A DNA stretch of 45,976 nt from Actinomycetota bacterium (GTDB lineage: Bacteria; Actinomycetota; UBA4738; HRBIN12). The stretch spans positions 1 to 45,976 of the forward strand of contig JBKOUM010000138.1 of NCBI GenBank assembly GCA_046723385.1, given 5' to 3'. Below, piece by piece: positions 16,929 to 26,504 of this stretch (its first letter is position 1; each line of letters starts with the position of its first letter). The notes under the pieces were generated by a model. That model did not search any database and was not told the DNA's origin. It saw only the letters and a program-made list of their open reading frames with translations. Both the position numbers and the translations under genes were made by a program.

Positions 16929-18314
16929 ATGGCGGATACGGACGAGACGTCCGTCCTTCGCTCGGCGTTCGCGGAGCCCTCGGCCGACCTCACACGGTCG
17001 AGGCGGGCCGTGGTCCTTGCGGCCGGCAGCTCGGAGCGGATGCGAGCACTCACGGCGGGCGGATCCAAGGCGCATCTCCGGCTGGGCGGCGTCTCCCTGA
17101 TCGAACGTGCGGTCGTCCGGCTGCTCGGGGCGGGCATCTCGGACGTGATCGTGGTCGTCGGAGCCCGGTCTGGATCGGTGGAGCGATCGGTCTCGCGCAT
17201 CGCCCGGCTCGGTGTGCGCACGGTGTTCGCGGAGCGCTGGATGGAAGGCAACGGGGCATCCCTCGCCGCCGTGGAGCGTGAGCTGGTCGACGACCCGCTG
17301 TTCGTGGTCATGGTCGCCGATCATGTGTTCTCCGACGGCGCGACGGACCGACTGATCGCGGCTTCCCGTCCGTCCGTGCTCGTGGACGGATATCCCGAGC
17401 CCTCGATCTGGTCGGAGGGGACGCGGGTGCGCATCCGGGACGGCTACGCCGTCGAGTTCTCCAAGGAGCTCGACGAACCGGCCGTCGATTGCGGCGCGTT
17501 CGTCCTCAGCCCGGCGATCTTCGAGGCGCACCGACGGGCGACCGCCGACGGCGACGCCTCGCTGAGCGGCGCGCTCTGCCGGATGGCGACGCTCCACCCG
17601 ATCGCCGCGGTTCCGTTGCCGCCGGACGCCTGGTGGCACGACCTGGACACGCCGAAGGACGTGCGCGCGGCCCGTCGGTCCCTTCGTCGGTCGCTCGGGA
17701 AATCCTCTGACGGGCCGGTCGCGCGGTTCGTGAACCGCCCGATCTCGACCCGGATCTCGATCGCGATCTCGCGACTCCGTCCGAGCCCCGCCGCGGTGTC
17801 GGTCGTCGCGCTGCTCATCTGCGCGATCGGGAGCGCCCTGCTCGCCCTGAGGAAGGGGATCGCCGGCGGGGTGCTGGTCCAGCTCGGCTCCGTGGTCGAC
17901 GGGATCGACGGGGAGGTCGCGCGGCTGCAGGACCGCACGAGCGCGATGGGTGCGCTGATGGACGGCGTCCTCGATCGGATCGGCGATGCGATGGTCGTTG
18001 CCGGCCTTTCGATCTGGGCGATCTACGACGGGATGATCGGGGACGCCTGGGTGATCGTCCTCGCCGTGGCCGCGGTCACCGGGAGCATGCTGTCGATGGC
18101 GACGAAGGATCGTGTCCGCGCGCTCGGGATGCGCGACGCGCGGGAGGACCGGATCCGGCTGCTGCTGGGCGGCAGGGACGCGCGGCTGTTGCTGGTGGCG
18201 ATCGCGGCGATCGCCGGCCGACCGGTCTGGGGCCTGGTCGCGATCGTGGCGACGACGGCCGTGACGCTGGTCGCTCGGCTGGTCTCGGTCGCTCGCTCGG
18301 CCGATCCGACCTGA
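16929..18314 (+). CDS. bifunctional nucleotidyltransferase / CDP-alcohol phosphatidyltransferase (IPCT/DIPPS-like fusion)
   Basis: N-terminal NTP-transferase signature VVLAAGSSERM...KAHLRLGG. C-terminal membrane domain has the exact CDP-OH-P motif D-x2-DG-x2-AR-x8-G-x3-D-x3-D (DGIDGEVARLQDRTSAMGALMDGVLD). Confidence 0.8.
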   Translation: MADTDETSVLRSAFAEPSADLTRSRRAVVLAAGSSERMRALTAGGSKAHLRLGGVSLIERAVVRLLGAGISDVIVVVGARSGSVERSVSRIARLGVRTVFAERWMEGNGASLAAVERELVDDPLFVVMVADHVFSDGATDRLIAASRPSVLVDGYPEPSIWSEGTRVRIRDGYAVEFSKELDEPAVDCGAFVLSPAIFEAHRRATADGDASLSGALCRMATLHPIAAVPLPPDAWWHDLDTPKDVRAARRSLRRSLGKSSDGPVARFVNRPISTRISIAISRLRPSPAAVSVVALLICAIGSALLALRKGIAGGVLVQLGSVVDGIDGEVARLQDRTSAMGALMDGVLDRIGDAMVVAGLSIWAIYDGMIGDAWVIVLAVAAVTGSMLSMATKDRVRALGMRDAREDRIRLLLGGRDARLLLVAIAAIAGRPVWGLVAIVATTAVTLVARLVSVARSADPT

Positions 18315-19460
18315 TCAACTGCCGACCGACGCGATCAGCGCCGCCAGGATCGCGGTGCGCGGCACGACGCTCGAGAGCTGGATCCATTCGGCGGGGGAGT
18401 GATCGTCGCCACCCACCGGGCCGAGGCCGTCGAGGGTCGGGACGCCCATCGCCGCCGTGACGTTCGCGTCCGACGCGCCGCCCGTGGCGGCCTCCTCCAG
18501 CGACAGACCGAGCTCTTTGGCGAACCTCCGCGCGCGTTCGAACAGCTCGGCCGTCCCGTCGCTGCGCTCCATCGGACCGTGCTCGCGAATCAGGTCGAGC
18601 GACGTGGTGACTCCCGACACCGTGGCCTCGCCCGCGAGGGACCTCAGCTCCCCCTCCGCGGCGGTCAACGCGGCCTCGGTCACCGAACGGATCTCGACGG
18701 CCATCTCCGCGTGTTCGGGAACGACGTTGATCCGGCTGCCGCCGTGGCTCGTGCCGACGTTGAACGTCGTGCCGTCCCACTTCCCGTTGAGCGCCTGGAC
18801 GGCGATCGTCTTGTGGGCGGCCTCGAGGATCGCGCTCCGGCCCTTCTCGGGCTCGACACCTGCGTGCGCGGCGCGCCCCTCGAACCGCAGATGCGCGTTC
18901 GTGACGCCCTTCCGAGCGGTGACCACGGCACCGTTCTCTCGCGCGGCCTCGAGCACGAACACGGCATCCACCCCCCGGGCGTGCTCCATCACGTCGCCCC
19001 TCGATGACGGGGAGCCGACCTCCTCGTCCGGGTTGAGGATGAAGGTGATCCGACCGAACGGCGTCCCGGTCGACCGCAGCGCCTCCGCCGCGAGGATCCC
19101 CGTGAGCAAACCGCCCTTCATGTCGCAGACGCCCGGTCCGAACAGCCGATCCCCGTCGATGCGGAAGGGACGGCTCGCTGCCGTCCCGTCGACGAAGACG
19201 GTGTCGGTGTGCCCGATCACCAGCACGTTCCCCGGCGAACCGCCGTCGATCCGAGCCGCGATGAGGTCGCCGTACCCGGGGATCGCCCGCGCGAGACCGG
19301 TGTCCCACCCGTCGGCTTCCAGCCACCCGGCGCAGAGACCGCCGACGCGGTTCACGCCCTCGACCGAACCGGTGCCGCTGTCGACCGAGACGAGCTCTCG
19401 GAGCCGCTCGACGAAGGCATCCTCGCGACCCTGCAGATACGTCGCGAGGTCACGGACTAC
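18315..19460 (-). CDS. M20-family metallopeptidase (carboxypeptidase G2-like); 5' end uncertain
   Basis: LVSVDSGTGS..., VIGHTDTV, GPGVCDMKGG, NPDEEVGSP and RAAHAG motifs. No ATG/GTG/TTG lies between the upstream gene's stop (19457-19459) and the conserved N-terminal block. The first canonical start is GTG at 19355. Confidence 0.8.
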   Translation of the reverse strand, partial: VVRDLATYLQGREDAFVERLRELVSVDSGTGSVEGVNRVGGLCAGWLEADGWDTGLARAIPGYGDLIAARIDGGSPGNVLVIGHTDTVFVDGTAASRPFRIDGDRLFGPGVCDMKGGLLTGILAAEALRSTGTPFGRITFILNPDEEVGSPSSRGDVMEHARGVDAVFVLEAARENGAVVTARKGVTNAHLRFEGRAAHAGVEPEKGRSAILEAAHKTIAVQALNGKWDGTTFNVGTSHGGSRINVVPEHAEMAVEIRSVTEAALTAAEGELRSLAGEATVSGVTTSLDLIREHGPMERSDGTAELFERARRFAKELGLSLEEAATGGASDANVTAAMGVPTLDGLGPVGGDDHSPAEWIQLSSVVPRTAILAALIASVGS

Positions 19461-21289
19461 GCGCTCTTCGAGGATGGCCCCCCCAGGTACGCCTCGATGA
19501 CGACGGGATCCTCGGTGATCTCCCGAGGGGTCCCCGTCCCGATCGTGCGGCCCTGATCCAGCACCTGGATCCGGTCGCACAGCTTCATGATCAGCCGCAG
19601 GTCGTGGTCGACGACGACCATCGAGCAGTCGAGCCGCGAGCGGATCCTTCGGATGTTCTCGAGCAGCTCGTCGGACTCCATCTCGTTCATGCCGGCGGCG
19701 GGCTCGTCGAGCAGGATCAGCGTCGGGCGGCGGACGACGGCGCGCGCGATCTCGAGCCGCCGCTGCATCCCGTAGGGCAGGTTCACGGCCTTCTCCCGTT
19801 CCACGTCCGTCAACCCCAGGGACGACAGCACACCGTCGACCGACGCCTCGTCCGTGCCGGGCGCAGCGGCGGCCTCGACGTTCTCGCGGACGGTCAGCTG
19901 CGCGAACAGGCGGATGTTCTGGAACGTTCGCGACATCCCGAGGGCCGCGATCCGGTGCGCCGTGAGACCGGCCACGTCGCGTCCCTCCAAGACGATCCGC
20001 CCCCGTGTGGGGTGCGAGACGCCCGACACGACGTTCAGCAACGTGGTCTTGCCCGAGCCGTTCGGTCCGATCAGCCCAAGGATCTCGCCGGGTCCGACGC
20101 GGATGTCGACGCCGGCGAGCGCGTCGACGCCCTCGAACCGCTTGGCCACGTCGGTTCCGTCCAGGACGGGCGGCGCCTCGGCGGAGGTATCGACGGCGAT
20201 CGCTGTCGTGGGCGGCGTCTCGACCCGGTCGCCACCCGCAGCCCGGCGGCGCTTCGGCAGGAGCCGACGGAGCACGTCGTCGATCTCCCATCGGTCGAAC
20301 AGACCCTCGGGCCGCAGGATCAGGGTCACGATGATCAGCAGCGCGATCGCGAACTGCACCGTCCCGCTGATCCGCGGCAGGGTCCAGGGGCCGATCCGCA
20401 CCCCTTGCTCGACGCGCGCGAGGGAGTCCGTGAGGAACGTGATGATCGCCGCGCCGGCGACGGCGCCGCTCACCGACGTGCGTCCGCCGATCACGAGCAT
20501 CGCCAGCAACGCGAAGGTGATCGCGAAGTAGAACTGGTTCGCGTTGAAGGCGATCACGCTCTGCGCCCACAGCGAGCCCGCCGCGCCCATCATGCCCGCG
20601 CTCAGCAGCCACGAGCCGTAGCGGACGCCGATCACGTTCGTCCCGAGGGCGGCCGCGGACAGCGAGTCCTCTCGCGTCGCCCGAAGTCGGAGGCCCGGCC
20701 CCGACTCCTTGTAGAGGCGACCGAGGAGCACGAACAGGATCGCCGCGGCGGTCCCGATCTCGATCTTGGTGCGGACGGGCACGCCGGCGAGCCCGAGCGA
20801 TCCTCGCGTGAAGGTCGTGGCGTTCTGCAGGAACGTGTGCACGACCACGAGCAGCGCCAGCGTGGCCATCGCCATCGTGGACTCGGTCATCCGGATCACC
20901 GCGCCGCCGAAGACCGCGGCCACGATCACGGCGACGAGCGCCGACACGACGATCGCCGGCACGAGCCCCATCTCCGTCGTCTGCAGGAACGTCGGGAGCT
21001 CCGGGAGCTGAGCGGTCCGCAGGACGTGCGGGATCGTCACGAGCGCGGTCGTGTAGGCGCCGATCCCCATGAACGCGATATGGCCGAACGACACGATCCC
21101 GCTGTTGCCGATGAAGACCTGGAGCGAGATCACGAGCGCGACGTTCACGACGAACACCACGAACGTTCGCTCCGAGGCGGACGATCCGAACGACTGGACC
21201 GCGAACATCGCGATGAGGAGCAGGACCGAGATCGCAGCCCATCCTCCGAGCGCGGGCCGCAGTCGGTTGGCGGGGATCGGGGGGGTCAT
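19457..21289 (-). CDS. fused branched-chain-amino-acid-type ABC transporter permease (LivM-like) and ATP-binding protein (LivG-like)
   Basis: About 340-aa polytopic N-terminal half. The C-terminal half has Walker A GPNGSGKTT, signature LPYGMQRRLEIARA and Walker B LILLDEPAAGM. The ATG overlaps the upstream stop (ATGA). Confidence 0.9.
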   Translation of the reverse strand: MTPPIPANRLRPALGGWAAISVLLLIAMFAVQSFGSSASERTFVVFVVNVALVISLQVFIGNSGIVSFGHIAFMGIGAYTTALVTIPHVLRTAQLPELPTFLQTTEMGLVPAIVVSALVAVIVAAVFGGAVIRMTESTMAMATLALLVVVHTFLQNATTFTRGSLGLAGVPVRTKIEIGTAAAILFVLLGRLYKESGPGLRLRATREDSLSAAALGTNVIGVRYGSWLLSAGMMGAAGSLWAQSVIAFNANQFYFAITFALLAMLVIGGRTSVSGAVAGAAIITFLTDSLARVEQGVRIGPWTLPRISGTVQFAIALLIIVTLILRPEGLFDRWEIDDVLRRLLPKRRRAAGGDRVETPPTTAIAVDTSAEAPPVLDGTDVAKRFEGVDALAGVDIRVGPGEILGLIGPNGSGKTTLLNVVSGVSHPTRGRIVLEGRDVAGLTAHRIAALGMSRTFQNIRLFAQLTVRENVEAAAAPGTDEASVDGVLSSLGLTDVEREKAVNLPYGMQRRLEIARAVVRRPTLILLDEPAAGMNEMESDELLENIRRIRSRLDCSMVVVDHDLRLIMKLCDRIQVLDQGRTIGTGTPREITEDPVVIEAYLGGPSSKSA

Positions 21290-22176
21290 ATCGCCTCGAA
21301 CTTCTGGCCGAACAGGCCCTGCGGGCGGACGTAGAGGATCCCCACCACGATCAGCAGCGCCGCCGCCTGGGTGTAGGGGAGGAGCGAGCCGGGCAGCAGG
21401 GCCTGCAGGAACACCTCGAGCGCGCCCAAGAAGAAGCCGCCGAGCACGGCGCCCCGGAGGTTCCCGAGCCCGCCGATCACCGACGCGATGAACGCCTCGA
21501 TCACCGGCACGAAACCGGTCGTGGGGTTGACCGACGTGGTCCGCGCCATCCAGAGCACGCCCGCGATGCCGGCGAGCAACCCGGAGATCAGGAACGCGAG
21601 CGAGATCACGCCGTTCGCGCGGACGCCCATCAGGCGGGCGGTCGTGAAGTCCTGCGAGGCCGCCCGCATCGACAGGCCCGCGCGCGAGCGGCGCAGGAAC
21701 ACCGTGAGGGCGAGCAACGACGCCGCACCGATCGCGGCCGTGATGATCGACAGCACGCTGATGCGCACGGGGCCGATCTGCACCGCGTTGCCGAGCAGAT
21801 CGGGCACCGGCACGCCACGCGCCCGGACGGAGACGGCCTGCCGGAACGCTCCCTGGATCAGCTGTGCGACGGCGAACGAGGTGAACAGGAGCGAGACGAA
21901 GCTCGCGTTCCGGAGCGGCCGGAAGGCGACCAGCTCCATCAGCACCGACGCGATCCCGGCGGCCAGGACGCCGACGAGCGCGACGACCACGAACGGCGCG
22001 CCGAGGTAGGTCGCGGCGAGCATCGAGTACCCGGTGATCGTGACCAGCTCCCCGTACGCGAAGTTGAGCATCCCCATCACCCCGTAGACCATCGAGAGAC
22101 CGAGCGCGAGCAGCGCATAGATGCTCCCGAGCGAGAGCGCGTTCACGAGCTGCTGGATGAACTCGGAGGGCTTCAT
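21286..22176 (-). CDS. branched-chain-amino-acid-type ABC transporter permease (LivH-like)
   Basis: FIQQLVNALSLGSIYALLALGLSMVYGVMGMLNFAYGE is the canonical LivH N-terminus. 296 aa and polytopic. Confidence 0.9.
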   Translation of the reverse strand: MKPSEFIQQLVNALSLGSIYALLALGLSMVYGVMGMLNFAYGELVTITGYSMLAATYLGAPFVVVALVGVLAAGIASVLMELVAFRPLRNASFVSLLFTSFAVAQLIQGAFRQAVSVRARGVPVPDLLGNAVQIGPVRISVLSIITAAIGAASLLALTVFLRRSRAGLSMRAASQDFTTARLMGVRANGVISLAFLISGLLAGIAGVLWMARTTSVNPTTGFVPVIEAFIASVIGGLGNLRGAVLGGFFLGALEVFLQALLPGSLLPYTQAAALLIVVGILYVRPQGLFGQKFEAI

Positions 22177-22913
22177 CCCGTCCGTCCGATCCCCAGGTAC
22201 GAGCGCTCGAGCTCGCCCTCGATCAGGCCGTCGGTCGGACCCGAGGCGACGACGCTCCCGACCGAGAGCACGTACGCGCGGTCGGCGATCTCGAGCGCGC
22301 GGTGGACGTTCTGCTCGACGAGCAGGATCGTCGTGCCCGCGGTGCGAAGCTCGGTGACGAGCTCGAAGATGCGGTCGACGAAGATCGGTCCCAGCCCGAG
22401 CGAGGGTTCGTCGAGCAGCAGCAGCCGCGGTCGCGACATCAGGGCGCGCGCGACCGCGAGCTGCTGCTGCTCGCCGCCGGAGAGCGTGCCAGCCATCTGG
22501 CCGGCACGCTCTCCGAGGATCGGGAAACGCGCCAGCCAGCGCTGCGCGTCGTCGCGGAGCTCCTCGCGGTCGTTCCGCGTGATGCCGCCGATCGTGAGGT
22601 TCTCTTCGACCGTGAGCTTGGGGAACACGTGACGGCCCTCCGGGACGAGCGCGATGCCCCGACGGATGACCGCCTCGGGCGTCATCCCGGCGATCGACGC
22701 GCCGTCGAACCGGATCGATCCGCTGCGGGGCTTCAGCGCGCCGGCGAGCGTGCGGAGCAAGGTCGTCTTCCCCGCGCCGTTCGGACCGAGCGCGGCGACG
22801 ATCTCGCCCGTGCCGACCTCGAGGGACACGCCGCGGACCGCGAGCACGCTGCCGTAACCGACGGTGAGCCCCTCGACGGCGAGCAGGGGCGTCGCCACCG
22901 GGCCGTCGCTCAC
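22173..22913 (-). CDS. ABC transporter ATP-binding protein (LivF-like)
   Basis: GTG start at 22913 overlaps the SBP gene's stop (GTGA). Walker A GPNGAGKTT, signature LSGGEQQQLAVARA and Walker B LLLLDEPSLGL. Confidence 0.9.
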   Translation of the reverse strand: MSDGPVATPLLAVEGLTVGYGSVLAVRGVSLEVGTGEIVAALGPNGAGKTTLLRTLAGALKPRSGSIRFDGASIAGMTPEAVIRRGIALVPEGRHVFPKLTVEENLTIGGITRNDREELRDDAQRWLARFPILGERAGQMAGTLSGGEQQQLAVARALMSRPRLLLLDEPSLGLGPIFVDRIFELVTELRTAGTTILLVEQNVHRALEIADRAYVLSVGSVVASGPTDGLIEGELERSYLGIGRTG

Positions 22914-24133
22914 CCGGCGGGCGGCGCGACGAAGCTCGGGAAGGGCTGCACCCCCAGACAGGTGAAGGTGGTGCCGTCCATCTGGATCAACGAGGCCGGT
23001 TTGTTGGCCCGCCGGGTCTCGGGGTCCATCACGACGTGCCCGGAGATGCCCGTGTAGTCCGCGTGCGCGAGCTTGTCCTTCAACGCGGCGGCGTCGGTGC
23101 TCCCCGCGGCCGCGATCGCCTGCGCGACCAGGTTCACCTCGTCGTAGCCGATCACGGCGACGTACGACGCGGGGTCCTTGCCGTACCGGGCCTTGTAGTC
23201 GTCGTAGAAGGCCTGCACCTTGGGATCGCCCTCCGCCGTGCACACCGAGTTGGAGAACGTGAGCCCGTCGATCGCCTTCTTGCCTGCGTCCAGCAGCGCC
23301 GGGTCGGCGTTCCCGTCGGTCGAGATCACCGGGATCGTCGAGCCGGCCTGGCGGAGCTGGCGCAGGAACACGACGCTGTCGGGGATGAACATCGGCGTGA
23401 AGATCACGGCCGGCGCGGGGTCGGCGCTCGTCACCTTGGTGACGACGGCCGAGTAGTCGCCGGCGCCGATCTTGTACTCGTCGGTCCCCACGACCGTCCC
23501 GCCGCCGTTCTCGAAGGCGGCCTGGAAGTACGTCGGGAGGTCCTTCGTGTACGGGATCTCGTTCGAACCGAGGAGGTACGCGGTCTGGTAGCCCTTCGAG
23601 AGCGCGTAGTCCGCGTCCACGGCCGCCTGGATGTTGTCGCTCATCACGAGCTGGTACGCACAGTCACCCATCCCGCCGACGAGCGTCGGAGCGGTCCCGA
23701 GACCGGTGGAGATCGGCACGCCGGCCGCGCACGCGACCTGGCCCTCGGCGAGGATCCCGTCGCCGACCGTGCCGATCAGGTAGACGGCCCCGTCGTCGAT
23801 CAGCTGCTGGGTCACTTTGGCGCCTTCCGCGACGTCGTCGCGCATGTCGATCGTGTTCAGCTCGAGGGGACGTCCGAGGACGCCGCCGGCGTCGTTGATC
23901 TGATCGACCGCGAACTGCGCACCCTGCTCCATCGGCTTGTCGTAGTACGCCCAGTCCGTCGTGAGGTCCGCGGGGAACCCGATCACGATCGGCTCTCCGG
24001 ACGCGGACCCGCTCGCCCCGCCTGCGGACGTGGTCGAGCTGGATGTGCTGCACGCCGCGCCCACGACGGCGATCACCACGAGTGCGAACGATCTGCGGAT
24101 CATCTCCCGCCTCCCCGACCTCGACCCGGACAT
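22910..24133 (-). CDS. ABC transporter substrate-binding lipoprotein (LivJ / Peripla_BP_6-like)
   Basis: Lipobox-like VVGAAC after a basic leader, a Ser/Thr/Gly linker, then IVIGFPADLT...GAQFAVDQINDAGGVLGRPLEL. The start may instead be the Met at 24103. Confidence 0.85.
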   Translation of the reverse strand: MSGSRSGRREMIRRSFALVVIAVVGAACSTSSSTTSAGGASGSASGEPIVIGFPADLTTDWAYYDKPMEQGAQFAVDQINDAGGVLGRPLELNTIDMRDDVAEGAKVTQQLIDDGAVYLIGTVGDGILAEGQVACAAGVPISTGLGTAPTLVGGMGDCAYQLVMSDNIQAAVDADYALSKGYQTAYLLGSNEIPYTKDLPTYFQAAFENGGGTVVGTDEYKIGAGDYSAVVTKVTSADPAPAVIFTPMFIPDSVVFLRQLRQAGSTIPVISTDGNADPALLDAGKKAIDGLTFSNSVCTAEGDPKVQAFYDDYKARYGKDPASYVAVIGYDEVNLVAQAIAAAGSTDAAALKDKLAHADYTGISGHVVMDPETRRANKPASLIQMDGTTFTCLGVQPFPSFVAPPAG

Positions 24134-24238
24134 CGAGGAGCATTCGACCGCCCTTCCCGTGAGCTTGTCAAGTCCGTTACCATCCGACCGGTTGCTCCAT
24201 CACGCGTAACGAACGTACCTCGCACCAGGAGCCACGGG

Positions 24239-25117
24239 ATGGCACACACGAGCGAGACGATCGGCGAAGAGGTACGCGAGCGTCTCGGTCAGATGACGCC
24301 GTCCGAGCGGCGCGTCGCGCGCGCGCTGCTCACGACCTATCCGTCCGCCGGGCTCGAGAGCCTGCCGCAGCTGGCGGAGAGCGCCGGGGTCACCGGCCCC
24401 ACGGTCCTGCGGTTCGTCCGCAAGGTGGGCTTCGACGGGTACCCGGACTTCCAGCGCTCGCTCCGAGAGGAGGTCCAGGCTCGGTCCGAGGGGTTGCCGT
24501 CGCTCTACGTCACGCGCGCCGGCGTCCGCGACGACGACGTCCTGCGTCGGAGCGAGGAGGCGCTCACGACCGGGCTGCGGGCCACGCTTGCGTCGGGGTC
24601 GCTCGAAGGAGATCTGACCGGGGTCGCCACCTTGTTGAGCGATCCCAAGCGGCACCTCTGGTTCGTCGGCGGCCGGTTCAGCCAGCTCGCGGCGACGTAC
24701 CTCGCCCTCCAGCTCCGGATGCTCCGCCCCGGATGCGGGATCGTGAGCGAGGAGCCGGCTCGGAGGACGCTGGACACCATGGAGATCGCGCGGCGGGACG
24801 TCCTGTGCGTGTTCGACTACCGCCGCTACCAGGAGGACACGATCGCCGCCGCGTCGGTGGCCGTCGACCGCGGGGCTGAGGTCGTGGTCTTCACGGACCC
24901 GTGGCTGTCGCCCGCGGCCGAGCATGCTCGGCACGTGCTGATCTCGCACGTGGACTCGGCGTCGCCGTTCGACTCGTTGCTCGGCGCGTTCGCGCTCACG
25001 GAGATCATCGCGGCGAAGGTCGTGGTACTGCTGGGCGATGCGGGCCGGACGAGGGTCGCCGATCTGGAGTCGACGCAGGAGCTGATGGCGCGCGGGGGGA
25101 GCGATGACGGTGGTTGA
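24239..25117 (+). CDS. MurR/RpiR-family transcriptional regulator (HTH_6 + SIS)
   Basis: ATG at 24239. MTPSERRVARALLTTYPSAGLESLPQLAESAGVTGPTVLRFVRKVGFDGYPDF is followed by a SIS-like domain. It is divergent from the ABC operon. Confidence 0.9.
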   Translation: MAHTSETIGEEVRERLGQMTPSERRVARALLTTYPSAGLESLPQLAESAGVTGPTVLRFVRKVGFDGYPDFQRSLREEVQARSEGLPSLYVTRAGVRDDDVLRRSEEALTTGLRATLASGSLEGDLTGVATLLSDPKRHLWFVGGRFSQLAATYLALQLRMLRPGCGIVSEEPARRTLDTMEIARRDVLCVFDYRRYQEDTIAAASVAVDRGAEVVVFTDPWLSPAAEHARHVLISHVDSASPFDSLLGAFALTEIIAAKVVVLLGDAGRTRVADLESTQELMARGGSDDGG

Positions 25118-26477
25118 GGGCGGGCGGCCGACGGACGGGGAGGCCGTGGAGGACTGGCTGCGGGACGCGGGCGTCTCGGTCGTCGCGCTGCCGTTCGTCG
25201 ATCCCTCGGCGATCGTGCGGGTCAAGTCGATCCCGGTCGGCCGGTTCGCGGCCGTGGCGGAGCACGGTGTCGGTCTGTCGACGCTGTTCAACGTTGCGAT
25301 GTCGAACGACGAGTTCGCGCTGCGTGAAGGGTTCATCGACGGTCCCAGCGGCGATCTCCGCCTGCGTCCGGACCCCGCCGCCACGGTTCCCCTCGCCGCG
25401 ATGCCCGGCTGGGCGTGGGCTCCGGTGGACCAGTACACGCAACAGGGTCGGCCGTTCCCCGCCTGCCCTCGGGCGTTCGCGCGGAGCATGGCGACGGGGT
25501 ACGCGGAGCGCGGACTATCCGTCCGCGCTGCGTTCGAGGCCGAGTTCTCGATGGGCCGGGACGAAGCCGGAGGCTTCGTCCCGGCCCACACCGGACCCGG
25601 ATACAGCGACATCACCCTCGTCGCGAATCACGGGTTCGCGCTCGATCTGATCACCGCCGTCGAGGAGCAGGGGTTGGGGCTCCAGCAGTTCCATCCCGAG
25701 TACGCCGACGGGCAGTTCGAGCTGTCGATCGCGCCCCGCGATCCGGTGGGGGCCGCCGATGCGGCGATGATCCTCAAGCAGACGGTCCGCGCGGTGGCGA
25801 AGCGTCACGGATGGATCACCTCGTTCGCGCCGCGGGTCGAGGCCGACACGGGTAACGGCTTCCACCTGCATCTCAGTCTGTGGGAAGGCGAGCGCAACCT
25901 CCTGTCCGGGGGGGACGGCCCCGCCGGGATGGACCGACGGGGCGAGGCCTTCGTCGCGGGCATCCTCGGATCGTTGCCGGCGCTTGTCGCGATCTCGGCG
26001 CCCACGGCCGCGAGCTACCTCCGCCTCCAGCCGCACCACTGGTCGGGCGCGATGCGCTGCTGGGGCGTCGAGAACCGCGAGGCCGCGCTCCGGTTCATCG
26101 CCGCCGCGCACGGGTCGCTCGCCTCGGGCGCGAACGTCGAGGTCAAGCCCGTCGACGGGACGGCGAACCCGTACCTGGCGATGGGCGGCATGCTCGCGGC
26201 CGGGCTCGACGGCATCGATCGGGAGCTCCGGCTGCCTCCGTCGACCGAGGAGGACCCGGCGTCGCTCCCGGACGGCGTGCGGGAGGAGCGAGGCGTCGAG
26301 CAGCTCCCGGCGTCGCTGGGCGAGGCGACCGTGCAGCTCGCGGGCTCGTCGGTCCTACGGGAGGCGATGGGGGAGTTCCTGTTCGAGACCTTCCTCGCGA
26401 CGCGACGTGGTGAGGTCGAGCGCTCCACGGGTCTGGACGACGACGAGCTGATCCGTCTGACGCGGTGGCGGTTCTGA
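25104..26477 (+). CDS. glutamine-synthetase-family (GS-like, gamma-glutamyl ligase type) protein
   Basis: HPEYADGQFELSI, TGNGFHLHLSLW, NREAALRF and NPYLAMGGMLAAGLDGI match GS catalytic-domain motifs. It overlaps the RpiR 3' end by 14 nt. Confidence 0.85.
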   Translation: MTVVEGGRPTDGEAVEDWLRDAGVSVVALPFVDPSAIVRVKSIPVGRFAAVAEHGVGLSTLFNVAMSNDEFALREGFIDGPSGDLRLRPDPAATVPLAAMPGWAWAPVDQYTQQGRPFPACPRAFARSMATGYAERGLSVRAAFEAEFSMGRDEAGGFVPAHTGPGYSDITLVANHGFALDLITAVEEQGLGLQQFHPEYADGQFELSIAPRDPVGAADAAMILKQTVRAVAKRHGWITSFAPRVEADTGNGFHLHLSLWEGERNLLSGGDGPAGMDRRGEAFVAGILGSLPALVAISAPTAASYLRLQPHHWSGAMRCWGVENREAALRFIAAAHGSLASGANVEVKPVDGTANPYLAMGGMLAAGLDGIDRELRLPPSTEEDPASLPDGVREERGVEQLPASLGEATVQLAGSSVLREAMGEFLFETFLATRRGEVERSTGLDDDELIRLTRWRF

Positions 26478-26504
26478 GCCGCGTCCTTCGATGGGGGGAC
26501 CAGG

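Noticed and set aside
19461-21242. The N-terminal 590 aa of the 975-aa ORF 18315..21242, which would make a giant M20 fusion protein
   Set aside because: This part is an out-of-frame reading of the LivM-LivG gene on the same strand and has junk composition. Only the last ~380 aa are M20-like.
24174-24214. An imperfect inverted repeat (TCCGTTAC ... GTAACGAA) in the SBP/RpiR divergent promoter region as an RpiR operator
   Set aside because: Only 7 of 8 positions match and the spacer is ~25 nt. That is too weak to call without comparative data.
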